From assembly GCA_017499595.2 (NCBI GenBank), contig CM039001.1, positions 1,054,001 through 1,118,000 of the forward strand: DNA of 64,000 bases, read 5' to 3'. The notes beneath the pieces were generated by a model. That model was not told the DNA's origin and did not search any database. It saw only the letters and a program-made list of their open reading frames with translations. A program made the translations under genes and the position numbers. The DNA comes from Psilocybe cubensis. Its lineage: Eukaryota. This document shows positions 1 to 12,893 of this stretch, piece after piece. Position 1 is the first letter of the stretch, and every line of letters starts with the position of its first letter.

Positions 1-696
1 ATGTGGTGTCTATAGCTGAAGAGACATCTTCAACCTCTTGTTCTATAGGTTCATTGGCCACTGAAAGGATTTGTTGGTCATTCCATAGGCGATCGTAGCT
101 TTCAGACCACCACTTCGTGTTCGCCCACCTCGTGTAGCTAGCGTCGCCAAGACTTTGTAGGCGATCATATGTTCTGCCGTTGAGGGACGTGAAGATTAGA
201 GAAAATGGAAAAGAGGCTTGTCGGTTTGCACTATGGGTATAGGCTAACTGTGAGCATAATGATTTAATCTCCTAAACGAGGATACAGTTATTCAGCAACC
301 AGACCACAAACTCAAGATAAAAAAAAGATCGTACATGATTCTGCTCACCTTCTCGTTCATCATATCGTCGAATCCGAGGTCGACGACTACGGTACCGCCG
401 AACTGAAGCTTTGGTTTCTTGGTGCGTCGTTTCTTCTCCTCTTCATCGTCTTCGTCAAGTTCTCCGGCCAATCTTTTCTCTGCAAGAATTCTTTTTTTCT
501 CTCGCTTGGCTTCTTTCTCGCGTGCCCTGCGCTCAAGCTTTAGTGCGGCGAAGCGCTCATTTTTGGCGGCTTTTTTCAGCGCATTTTTGGACATAGTAGG
601 CTTTGCCTCTAGAGATGCTTCTTCTTGTCCAACTAGTGCTGGAACTTCCACTAAGGTGGGCGGCGCCTCCACTACAGTGGCTGAAGATTCCGACAT
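1..696 (-). CDS. TRM10: tRNA (guanine-N1)-methyltransferase Trm10, 5' part; gene runs off the left edge of the window
   Basis: Basic N-terminus (MSKNALKK...KREKKR), then VVVDLGFDDMMNEK, an intron, and EIKSLCSQLAYTHSANRQ..., matching the Trm10 SPOUT domain start. Confidence 0.88.
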
Positions 697-868
697 GCTG
701 CAGACTAGATGTTACTCGTGCGACCTTGGTTATGTGCAGACCCCAAAAAGAAGACCAGTGATAGATGGAGGTGAGCGTTTAGACGAGGAGACATTTGGCT
801 CGACCAACCGGTAGATGCCGGTGGGCCTGAGATCGATTATATCAGGCGTAGCCGGACCCGCATGGTAG

Positions 869-2069
869 ATGTTGTTCTGGACAATCATCTTTGGCATCGT
901 CGCCGTTGTGCTCTCTCGTTTAGCTTTTCTGCAATATCCTTCGCTGTCCAGTAGCCTTTTTGGTTCCGCTAGCTCCAAGGATATCCCCCCAGATAACCAA
1001 ACTACTATGGCTGCTGCTCTCCCCGCTCTCAAGTTCCTCACTGTTCCACCCGCTGCCGCACACACCGCTACCGTCATTTTCGTCCATGTAAGCCTCGATT
1101 ATGGGCGTAAATGGTGTATGTACACTCCTCTGAACTCCCTGTAATTTACTAGGGCCTTGGAGACACTGGCCATGGTTGGCGCCCCGTTGCCGACATGTTC
1201 AAAGTCGACCCCGCTCTCGCCCATGTTAAATGGGTGCTGCCTCACTCGTATGTCTTTAACTTCGCCTTTAAGAACTGCTCTGGAAATCGCGTTGATCTTG
1301 CTGTGAATTTGTCCCCTTTGCCCTCTACCATCGCTCTGCATATCTGTTGTTTCTGGAATTTTCTGACTGATCAGCCCCGAGCGTCCTGTCAGGGCGAATA
1401 TGGGAATGGTGATGCCGTCATGGTACATACCTCTCGCAGACCACGACGTCCATGCGAAGTGCTGACAATTATATCATGTGGCCTAGGTTTGACATATATT
1501 CCTTCGGGTTCGATACAGAAGAAGATGAACAAGGAATGCGCCAATCGGCGAATATGATCCATGAACTGATCAGAAAGGAGATCAGCAATGGCATTGCGCC
1601 AGAGCGTATCGTTCTCGGAGGATTCAGCCAAGGGGGAACTATGTCCCTCCTTTCTGGCCTTACAGGCGAACACAAGCTAGCTGGGCTAGTAGTTCTTAGC
1701 GGCTGGCTCCCTCTGCGACACAAATTCAAAGAAGTCGGTCCTTTCTCCCCACATGTTGTTTCTACCCCACCTCACTGACAAATACTTTTATTATAAACAT
1801 TTTGACATATCTTCTGGCAGCTGGCTTCTCCCCACGCTGCTTCTTCCTCTATCTTCTGGGGGACGGGCAGCGCCGACCCCCTTGTCAAGCTAGAAATTTC
1901 GAATGCCTCTGCAGATTTCCTCACTAAGGAACTCGGGATTCCCAAGGCAAAGCCTAACGAGCCCCAAGGACTCTCATACAACGTCTACCCAGGCATGATT
2001 CACGGAACGAACCCGGAAGAATTAAACTCCGTAAAGACGTTCATTAAACAGGTCATCCCAAGTTCCTAA
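869..2069 (+). CDS. APT1: Acyl-protein thioesterase 1 (phospholipase/carboxylesterase family), multi-exon; start at ATG 869 or ATG ~1007
   Basis: HTATVIFVH|GLGDTGHGW, KWVLPH, MPSW|FDIYSF, RIVLGGFSQGG nucleophile elbow, LSGWLPL, YPGMIH; stop TAA 2067-2069. Confidence 0.9.
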
Positions 2070-5000
2070 ATACAGATTTCGAAACGGAGGTTCTAGCTTT
2101 TCTTAACGGAAAGGCCACACAAATGTACTACGCTGCTTTCTAAACGCTTTGAAATCACATACACTACTATTACTTCCCTCCTGGTTTGTGGGTTCTAGCC
2201 CTCCGATAATTGTAAACACTTTCCTTGGCTTTTGCGTTATCTATTTCCAAGGTATGTAGCCAGTCATCAACATCATTTCGTGACACATTCCCAAGTAAGT
2301 TCAGGAACTTCTGCATAACATAACATGTCGTGAGGGCATCGCCTTCCAGAACTTGAACTCTTTCCTCTTCTGCTTACCGTGAAACAAAAGGTAAACCCTT
2401 CTGGCCAAATTCTCCAAGAGATTTTGCATGTGGCGGTTTCTGCATTCTATTGATTCACGACTCGAGACGAAGGAATCGGATTCGTCAACAAACCCTGGGG
2501 GTGTGTAAGACTGACGAGTCGTTACTGTATCGAAAGCTTACCCCATGTCAACCCATCTTTCATCGATCTTTGGCCGCGATCTAGGAACTTGGTAGACCCT
2601 TTCTAACTATATTCACTGGTATTCAAGGAAGGTAGATTTTATTATACCATACCTTCGCGGGTGCTTCACTCCTATATTAACAACATGCTAAATAAAGGAG
2701 ATACATATTTAAAAAGAGTTGCCTCACGTCCCATGTACGTGTATTAGTTTAAACCATGGGTGACGGTCGTCTTTAAGGTTTGAACTCAACCTTCTCTCTT
2801 TCGTCTTTGTATATGAAATGCCAATCTCAGGTTCGTGCCAGTTATGTTCCCAGCGCCAATTCATGCAGGACCATCAAGTTGTGGGATGTTGAGTAGTTTT
2901 GTGTCAAGGAAGGTCATAGAGTTTAATTGGAAACATGATTTGAAGTTATGCGCACCAAAGGTATCGTTCAGTCGAATGTTGAGTGCTGCCACAAAGTAGT
3001 AAGTGGAAGTCAAGTAGTAACATGCCCACTATAAAAAGATCTTAGGACTGAATGATAGTAAACAAAGTTTGACAGTAATTGCTTGAAATAAGCATCCAAA
3101 TATTTTATCTTATTTTTTAAAAGTGCTCATATTGCAAAATATTGCTCGATTATTTTATAGAAAGCTCTTACCGCAACATCTAGGCTACTGAGTAAACCTC
3201 TGAAGGTGCAACTCGGAAGGCGCCTCTGTTGCTATTTATAGCTGCATAACATTGAGAGCGGGTCAATGTAAGGTCAATGGAATTCGAGACTTCTATCTAT
3301 GCTCATTTAACCGGTATTAATCCCCTGCCGGTTCGTTCATTAATGAGCTGACTGAGCCTCTACTTACCTTGAGTTCCCGAGTTTATCCTCGATACGATGG
3401 CTTGGGCCTGTTCCAATCGTTTGGGCACCTTACGTTGAATTTCGTTTATCAGACTCAGGCCCCTCCAATTTATAGTTCTTATTCTCTTATGTTTTTAGAA
3501 GAAAATGAACAACTACTTGGAGGTTTATAGGAGAATCTTGCTAAATAATATGTCATCCTATTGTAATTAAGGTAGAACCGAAGGTGAAACACACATTGGG
3601 CTTGATTGAAAAGCAACTGCAAATCAACGCCTAGCACTAGGATGAATTATTCGGTGTTAACTCTCTCCGCTATTTGTTCTATCAACGATGGTCTGATGGA
3701 AGGCAAGAATATGCGGAAGAGACTTGAGATTGGCTAGCAATGACTATCAACAGCAGCCAAACTCAAGTGACAACAGCACAACGACTTGTTAACGCTCAAT
3801 GTGCAGATATGACTCACTTTGATTGGAGACAAAAAGGTCTGCCAGATCGTTCTGGATAGTATCGATAGTTGCTCCCGAGGAGACGATATCACGCAAAGAA
3901 CGTGAAGTCTGGCATATCGGAATAACACCTATGGAAAAGAGGGAGGTACGTGCGTTTGGTCAACCTTATTAATTCGCCAGGTTCGAAGTGAAATGAACAC
4001 TTACGGTGCAGATGGCTGGCCCAGGAAAGGGTACCGGACGGCAGGGGACGAAGAGCGGCGGTCAAGAAGAAGTCCTCTAAGGATCTTCCGTAGTCTGCAG
4101 GAGATGATACTGTAGGATGAAGAAATGGGAGTGCCTGCAATGCGATCCAGGGTTTTGTGCTGTGGATCCGATGATGTTAGTTGCTTGCATTCGCTTTTAG
4201 GATAATCTCAGAAGGGAAGAACCAAATATTCGAAAAGCTCGCGAGGCGTGATCTGTTCATCGCTTTGATTTCTCTCCGAAACTAGGACAATGCATGGCCT
4301 TTTATGTAGTTATCACGCTCAATTAGCGGGGCTTCATAACTGCACTTGTCCTTCATTTGAGACCACACAAGGGAACTGATGCGCTCGGATTCGTGGAAAA
4401 CTCGGAAGCTAAATTTGCGAGAGTGCTAAATCCATTGCTTGTGGAATCCAAAGTTGAGCGATGCGAACTAGCTGCCAGCGTGAAAGCAAGGACATGGTAG
4501 TTTGACAGTTGGGTTGGGAGTAGATAGATCGACATGGAAAATGGTGATTCCATTAAATCCAGTGTCCGAAAGTGAGTTTGCTCTGCATGTGCGTCATGGA
4601 CTGCTGTGCCGGTATGACATTGACAGTGTGCCATTGCAATTGCGGTGAAGGAGCAAAGATGTTCGGCGTGACTCGAAAAGGACACAGCGACAGAATACAG
4701 TCTTGTATATGTTATAGTGAGAGTAATTTGGACTATATCTGAGAAGAAATCATGAATGAAGAAAGGTAGAAATGAAAGATCAAAGTACGCGCATGCACTT
4801 TGCTTTGTTTGTCCGTCGGTAGACGCCGAGAATGTATGGATTCTTCGGACGAATTCTTTTCTTTTCCTTGATCAAAGACAATTTAAAGAGTTATGGTGTA
4901 ACTGACTTTTACACACTTATGGCATGACATGCATACTAGCATTAATTCGTGGCTTGGCCAAGGCTTAGTCTTTTGTTGAATGCCAGCACCAGCAGCAAGG

Positions 5001-6109
5001 TGGAACACTCGAACCATTGACGACTGACTGCACAAACTCTGCACACGCATACACACTTATCAAAAGGTACCAGCACAAGGCAGCAGCTTCGCTTGCTGAG
5101 TCGAGTCAGTCTTCAGAGCCCGCTCGGTTTGAAATTCAACTCGACTCGCTACTTGAACTTCGGTGGATAAGCCCGTAGCACGGGGCCGAGGGTTCGTTGG
5201 AGTGGAACGTGGACCACCCTCAACCTTTCATTCTACGTGCTGTGGACAGCTGTACGCAAAGACTCTCTTGCATATCGTTCCGGATACTCGTACTTTTGCC
5301 ACGCTGAACCGAATAGCCGTCATTGGGTCTTGGATTCAAGGAGCTTTACGGATAGACAGACAGCTGGACGCGTCAGTAGGAGAGTATCGGAGCTCGAGAT
5401 AAGACGAGGAAGACAACGCGTGAGTTGTGCCTCTGAATCCTTTTTTCTTTTCTTTTTTTTTCTTTCCTTTCCTTTATCTTGACTGGCACCGAGTCCCGAG
5501 GATGTCAGACAGATGGCTAGGGTGGGAGACACTGGCACATTGGCCATGTCTGTAAAATCGTGGGTGCGGCATGTCGCATCGTGCCTGCCGGGAGCCCAAG
5601 CCAGTGTGCAATCTGCTGTGTGGAGTAGGCGTGCTTTTTGATTTATATTATTCGTGCTTTTTGCTCTGTACCCTCTATTCATTCTCTGCACTATCAGAGT
5701 TCTTTGAGTGTAGCCCCTATTCATCCCTTTGCCTGCACTTGCAATTGGTTATATTGTCACGCTACATTGCACATTCTTGCTCTCATACTACATATATTAA
5801 CCCGTGTGGTTGCCAGAAACGACACTGCACAAGATATAAGTTTGGATCTCTCAGAGGTGAGTAGAGAAATAGTGCTGGTTGATTGGTTGATTGATCGTTT
5901 GCTCGCTGCATTGACGTCATTATACAAGGTCGAATCTAAGTATAAGTAACTGTAGAAAAACAAACAAACGAGCGAGGAGAACGAGTTTCGAGACAGCCTG
6001 TGCATACTGGTGATCAGGGTCCGACGACGCACGAGGTGACGCTGATCGATTGGGCGCGTCCGACGATTGACCGCACGCTTTGAAGAATTCACAAAACTAC
6101 CTAGGAAAC

Positions 6110-6568
6110 ATGGATGGAAGCACAAGCAGTAGTGTTAGTAGTGATAGAACAATTACCGCTGGGCGCATACAGGGGGCTAGTGGGAGTCGGGGAACGGATG
6201 GAGGAGAGTCATGGGGCGGGTTTGGACATGGACGCGACGCGGGGGATACTATTAACGATGTAGAGGCTGCTGCCAGCACTACAAAGACGCCCCCACCGGC
6301 ATATGCGACGCTGAGCGCGAGCACTGGGACCAGCACTGGGTTCGCATATGAGCCGCCGACGCACGCCGAGTTTGGACCTACGCCACTGACGAGGGAGCAC
6401 GCGCTGCTGGGGGTGCCATACCACGCGTACGAGTACATCGGGAGCCCTGGGGCGCCTGACCGACGAGCACGATGGCGGTTCGTGGGGGGACTGGCGTGGG
6501 CGGTGGTTGTGCTGTGGGGGATGGGGGTGCTCTCGTGGCTGGCGCTGGTGGGAGAGGGTGGCCAATAG
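6110..6568 (+). CDS. Hypothetical single-exon membrane protein (~152 aa) with a PPAY motif and C-terminal hydrophobic helix
   Basis: Open frame MDGSTS...PPPAY...DRRARWRFVGGLAWAVVVLWGMGVLSWLALV; candidate 5'-UTR intron gtgagt (~5857) to ctgtag (~5954). Confidence 0.5.
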   Translation: MDGSTSSSVSSDRTITAGRIQGASGSRGTDGGESWGGFGHGRDAGDTINDVEAAASTTKTPPPAYATLSASTGTSTGFAYEPPTHAEFGPTPLTREHALLGVPYHAYEYIGSPGAPDRRARWRFVGGLAWAVVVLWGMGVLSWLALVGEGGQ

Positions 6569-6731
6569 GAGGGCGGCCGAAGAGGACGGTGCACGTGGTG
6601 TTGATTGGTTGTTTACAAAAGGCCCGTGCGTGGGATAAAGTATGGATGGGCAGTTTGATTTGTTGTTGTGACTTAGTGTCGGGGCATCTAACCCTTAGCC
6701 ATATGTGCCTCCGCTCCTTCTGAACGCCCAA

Positions 6732-9700
6732 ATGCCCGCCCTTCCCCATCCCGATGAGGACTTTATCAACAAATCTCTTCTCGCCATCGTCGATGCCCAG
6801 GCAGACGCTGAGCCCGTCGACGACCATCGTCAGTCCGACGCCGACGCCCCTCAGATGTCCTTCTTTCCCCAGAGCAGCAAGCACTTCAGGAACTCCTTCA
6901 CCTCTTTCCCCAACACTACCCGTCATCGCCACTCTTTCTATCCAGACGTCCAGTACGATACCCGTGCCACCTACGACTACAAGAACTATCTTCCAGAGCC
7001 CTACAATCCCAAGCAGTTCCAGGGGCCTTTCCCAAACCAGGTCCAGCTTTCCTCTCAGACCCCATACGGTCCCCATGTCCCAGCCGCGCCCCAGTCGACT
7101 TCCGGCGCTGCCATCACTCCCAATGCTCCTCTCCCTATTCAATCTGCCACCAACCCATCCGCTAATGGTGAGGAGATATCTACTATCTTTGTAGTTGGCT
7201 TTCCAGAGGACATGCAGGTGCGTCTCTCTTCCTTTGCCTTCAAACTGACGCTCATCAGCCGTACAGGAACGCGAGTTTCAGAACATGTTCACTTTTAGTG
7301 CAGGTTTCGAGGCTGCCACTCTCAAGATCCCCAACAAGGAGTATACTGCCTATGGATCCCTCGTCCCAGGCCCCCAAGGTCCCACTCTCGCCAACGGAAT
7401 GGGCCTCCGTGCACCCACAGCTTTCCCATATCCTGGCCCCAACGATCCGTACAACATGGTCACCGTCAACCCGGCTGGCGTCGTTGTTGACGGTGGCAGA
7501 GACGGTGGCATGTCCTCGTGGGGTGGTCCCCAATCCGTTGACGATCTGGCCAATAGCCACTATCTTGGCGCTGGACCGGGTGGTGCTGCTGCCCTCGGGT
7601 TGGGTCCCCTCGGCCTGGGCGCTACTGCCATGACCGGTGGCACGAGCCTTACCTTACCCCCACGCAAGCAGATAATCGGCTTCGCCAAATTCCGCACGCG
7701 CGACGAGGCACTTGCAGCTCGCGATGTTCTCCAGGGACGCAGAGTAGATATCGAGAAGGGCGCAGTGCTCAAGGCGGAGATGGCAAAGAAGAACTTGCAT
7801 ACCAAGCGGGGAGTGGGCCCCGTTCCCGGGGCCGGTATTGGTGTGCAGCCAGTCGTACAGCAGCAACAGTCACAGCAACAGCAGCAACACATAAATGGTC
7901 TCAGTGTTACCGGAATGGACACTTTTAACAATGACTCTGCTGGCTTTGGTGCTTCCTCCAACAGGGACAGTCTCTCTGGCCTCGCCCGTCTTGGATGGCG
8001 TGACCAGGGTCAACTTGATCCTGCCAACCCACTGCAATCCAATGGCGCCCATGTTAATGGACGCGATGACGAAGATCGCAAGCGCGATAGCCTGCTTTCC
8101 ATGGGTCTTGGTGGCTTGTCGCTCGCAAGTAATGCAAATGCGACTGGCCAGCGTGGGCCTCGAGAGCGCGCCGAAGACGAAGAGTGGCGGAGGAAGGAGA
8201 AGGAACAGAAGGAGATGAACCTTATGCGTTTGCGCGCGAGCAACGCGGCGGCGTTTGATGCGTTCCATGGCGTCCCAGCGTCGGCTGCTACTAATGCCAC
8301 AAATGCAAACGGCGCGCCTGGCATGTCAAGGCAGAGTTCGACGGCAAGTACATCCTCTGGCTCTGTTGTGGGCGGAGGACCAGCGAGTAGTAACAGTGGG
8401 CTTTGGACGGCAGCGCCTTCTGCATCGACTGTACCGACGGAGAGTGTAGCAGCGTCTAGTCCGATGTTGGCTGATGCTGAAGCAGAAAATCGGGAGGGCG
8501 ACGAAGCAAAGCAACAACAGGCAGAAGACGAGGTAGTCGGCCCATGGGACCGATTCAATAAGCCCACTAGCGCCAGTTACGCTGCTGTTGCTCGGCCTTC
8601 TTATTCTACGAATGGACAACACCATCCCACCGAGTCTGAGAGGTCAACTTCGCCTACACCTTACCAGGAAAACACTCAGCAATACCAGACCCCCGCCCAA
8701 TACCAACCACAATTTTTGCATTTGCATGAACAACAGCAAGCAGCAGCGGCGGCAGCTGCTGCGGCGACCCAACAGCATTTGTTTGACCAGCCGCATCAGC
8801 ATCTATACCAGAGTATGTACTCCCAACAGCAGCACTTCCGAAGCTCGCAGAGCGAGTCGAGTGAAACAGGCAGCGTAGTGGGCGCGGATTCGAGTCCGAG
8901 CACAAGTAATAACCCCAATATGAACCCGATAGGGTATGTCGGGGCGCGACTGGGATATTCGACAGGCTTTGGCAATGCTTCCACTTCGAGTGCTAGAGAG
9001 CCGGTCTCGGTAGCGCCGTCAGTATCGTCGTCATCTGGAGGGGCATCCATTGCGAAGAGCCCGAGTACGGGTTTTAACTTTGGGTCTATGCTTCATTCGA
9101 CGAGGGGTAGTTTGAATGGTGGAAGCGCTAGTGCTGTATCACCGCCTCCTATCGTTCCTTTGTCATCTTCTGCTGGCGTTGACGCTTCTGTGACTGCCCC
9201 CACGTCCATGTCTATTCCTACTTCTGCCCAAAATACCAACACCAGCGCTAATGCCAGTGTAGCTGCCAATGGCGTGATTGGTGCCCCTGCGATGAGCAGC
9301 GGAAGTAGCAGTAATGGGGGCAGTGCAAGTGGTAGTGTAAATGGCAGTGGAGGTAATACGTCGCCACAACTCCCGTCACCTGCTGGCTCTGGTATGTCAA
9401 CAGGATCTTCATCCGCGCAGGCTCCAGGGTCGACGACACATGTAAGAGGGACAGTGGACCAGAATCCTCCTGTGAGTGCTTTTTCATCGCTATAAGAAAG
9501 ATTTTCCCCCCTTTTCCTTCCTGTACCATATATGTCGCCAGTTTTTATTGTAGTTCAAGTTTGTTAATTTTTTAAAATGTTGTTTTGCTTTAAATTGGAA
9601 GTCTAAAAATTCTAAATGCTGACGTGACTTTTCCTTGTTTCTTTCTTTTGTGTGTGGCTTTTTTCGCGTTATGCAGATCAACACGTTGTACGTTGGAAAT

Positions 9701-10734
9701 TTGCCGACGTCGCCGCTTCCTCTCGGGTACTCGAATGACTATTTGGAGGAGACTCTTCGCGCGCTCTTCTCCGCATGCGCTGGGTTCCGGAAACTTTGCT
9801 TTAGGCAGAAAGCGAACGGGCCGATGTGTTTTATTGAGGTATGTCATATATGTCCACATGTCTCCTATTTTTTGTCTTCTTTTGTTGTGTGTTTATTGTG
9901 TATGGTGTATTGATGACTTTACTTATTTAGTTTGTGGATGTACAACAAGCCACAGATGCGCTGAAAACGATGTCGGGCAACACTCTTGGCGGCATTGTCA
10001 AGAACGGGATTCGGCTCTCATTTAGCAAGAACCCACTGGGTGTGCGCACTCCTACTAGTGCAGGTGGTAATAATGGTGGTCCAACGTTGCAGCAGCAACA
10101 GCAATTGGTGCAGACGCTGAGCAATCATAACCATGGCAGTAATAATCATAACGGCCATCCCCTTCACCACCATCAATTCAACCACAACCAGCAGCATCAA
10201 CCCCAGCAGCAGCAGATGGGCCCACCACCGCCTTCTGGCTCGAGTGAGACATTCCAGGCAAGGCTGGGTGAAGAGTCACAACAGCAGCAGCCACCACAGC
10301 AACATCGTCTCCCGCCCGGTATCCTTCGCAGAGATTCGACACTTTCACCAACAACGATGTCGTCTTTAGCCCAGGCCCAGGCCCAGTCACCTTCATACAT
10401 GAATGGCAACGGTTCTGCCAATAGCTTCTTCTCTTCTCCCCCTCCCCGATTCTACACGACCTCACCGCCTGGTCTGAGCTTTGGCGGCGGTGGGTCGGGG
10501 TCATCGTCGACGCCGCTGACAGGCGCCTCGAGCGCCTTTATACCCCGCGCAGCTCAGAGTGCGACGGCGGCAGCTGGAGCTGGAGCTGGAGGGTTTTCGC
10601 CATTTGGAATTACGTCGTTCGCTGCCGCTGCCGCTGTGGGCAGTAGTGTGTTTGTGCCGCAGCAGCAGCAACAACAAATGCCGCATCTGCCGCAGCTCTC
10701 GATACCCGGTGATCAACACCAGCCGGATAGTTGA
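6732..10734 (+). CDS. Two-RRM RNA-binding protein, Scw1/Whi3/RBPMS-like, with polyQ and low-complexity regions; exons 6732-7217, 7267-9471, 9677-9838, 9931-10734
   Basis: RRM1 ([22 protein letters not shown]...IIGFAKF...LKAEMAKKN) and RRM2 ([13 protein letters not shown]...GPMCFIE|F.DV...[14 protein letters not shown]); GT-AG joins keep the frame. Confidence 0.85.
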
Positions 10735-12893
10735 GGTCCCGCGTCTTCTCAACGATCCGTGTCAACATGTACACATCCATCTTCAGTCTAGAAAATTGTG
10801 TGCGAAAACCTCTAGTGGATTTATATCATTTTCCTTTTTTCGTTCTACTCCTTTTCGTACATTGTCTGCATCATCGTCATCTTTTCTCGTCCATTTTTTC
10901 CTACTTTCGTCGCATCACAAGCCAATCATAAAGCAAAGCAAAGCAACCCTGCAACATTGAAGCATCGCTCAAACCCTCATGTTAATCCACACATACACGC
11001 ACACATCCCTCGCATCCTCGCAATCATCAATCAATCAATCATCTTTTTGCAATATATCTTATTGTATTTCGTCGAGGACGTAGACGTTGCAGTGGGAATC
11101 TTCCTCCCATTCAACCTTGCCCGTTTCGAACCGATCTACTGTCTACTGCTCGTGCACGTCCCTCCAGTCTCATTACTATTTATCCGTCGATGTATCCAAT
11201 GCACATATCCAACCACCACGCAAGCTGCACTCGAAGCTCAAGGCACATGTACAAGCTCAAGCACCCGCACGTCCATACTGCCTTCTGCCTGCTCATCTCT
11301 GAAGAAACCTTTGCATATTCCCCCTTGTTATTTTTTTTTGGCTCCTTTCTTTTTCCCTTTTTCGTTCCGTTCTCATCGTTTTCTTTTGCGCCCATTTCTT
11401 TCGTTCTATCTCATACTGTGTCTCTTCTGTCTCCTGGACATGTTGTCTGTTTGTTGTTTTACCTAGTATCAATCCTCTCTCGCCTCTATGTGCCCTGTCT
11501 ATCTATTTCGTAAATCACATTCCAAGCCAAACACTTCAAACGACATCCGACAAATGGCGTGTCTTCATACCACTAACAGCCCTTTCACACCCACGTCCAA
11601 CCACGCCCATCCTCACCACTCCTAACAAACCCCTGCGCCTTTCTGTCAACAAATCGACATACGTTTACTCAATATAACCCCGTTTTCCTCCTTTCTTCTA
11701 CATGTTTTCTACTGTTCTCTCTGTGTATGGTCTGTTTTTTTACTCGCACATCTGCATTTCAATCAACAACCCCCCGTAATTCGACAACCAAATGCTACAT
11801 TTTTTTTAAATCAACCCTCACATTGTTACCAATCAATCCATCGTACACACTTTCTCATCTTACTTTTCCTTTTCTCGCCATTACGTCTTTTTATGATTCC
11901 CCGCCATTCCATTTCCATTACTTAAGTAGTAGTACACATACATTCAAATTCAAACTCAAGGTCTAATCCAGACACCTCAATATTACATCCCCCTTTTCTT
12001 TTCTTTTCATCTTCTCCAGTATTCCCTAGCCTAGCCTACTTACAATTAGCCAACTTGTTTTTTAACAGTTTGTTGTATAACGTTTTTTACTTCTACCATC
12101 CGTATCAATATACTCTGATTTCTCGTCCCATTGCACTCGTAATTCATACTGAGTACTCATTGGTGAATCTCTTGGAGTTTTTCTTGAAAATTACTCGGCC
12201 AGCCCAATAAGATGACCTCGATTTCTAAACGAGTCACGTCGCCCATCACCACGAGAACCAATAATCCAAATTTGTTCTCGGGTTCGGTAGAATAGAATAT
12301 AATTAATAGATAGAATTGAAGCATGCACCGCTACATAATCAATACATTCCAAAACTACATTCACCATCCACTATAACTCATGAGACGAAGGGGCGGCAAC
12401 CCTGCCTATATAGCAAAGTTGTTTGAGCGGAACGGATACAATGCATGTTTTGTGTTTTTTTTTTTTTGTTCTCTCGAATTACAATAAACATCGAAACACA
12501 AACACAAGCATAACATGCGTCGGGTGATAGTTAAGAAAAAAAAGAACACAAATAGATCCTTATACCATCCTCAAGCCCAACAACCCACCGCCGCGGGTAA
12601 AAACGAAATAAAAGGTCATAATTAGCTGAAAGGGAAGATGAAGAAAAACAACATGAGTGGGCATGAGTATTTGTCGACATGAGTAGGAGTAATGAAGTGT
12701 GAAGAAAAGGGAGAATCTAGCACCGTCTGGAAGAAATGTACATCGAATGCGAAGGATGAGTATCGTCAAAATTAGGTCCGTACGTAAAAAAGGGGACGAA
12801 GTCAGAAACGAAGAGGAGAATGGGTAAAAGGTAAGAAAAGAAAGTTACGGGGGTAAGATGAGGAATGTGTCACGACACGAGGCATGTCAAAAG

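Noticed and set aside
5098-5147. 9-bp inverted repeat GAGTCGAGT / ACTCGACTC
   Set aside because: Too short, with no target-site duplication or second copy, so it cannot be called a MITE or structured RNA.
6378-7142. 254-aa minus-strand ORF and other antisense ORFs over the RRM gene
   Set aside because: Shadow frames of GC-rich coding sequence with no recognisable motifs.
10957-11966. Several hydrophobic Phe/Leu-rich ORFs
   Set aside because: By-products of T/C-rich 3'-UTR-like sequence, with no splice structure or family motif.
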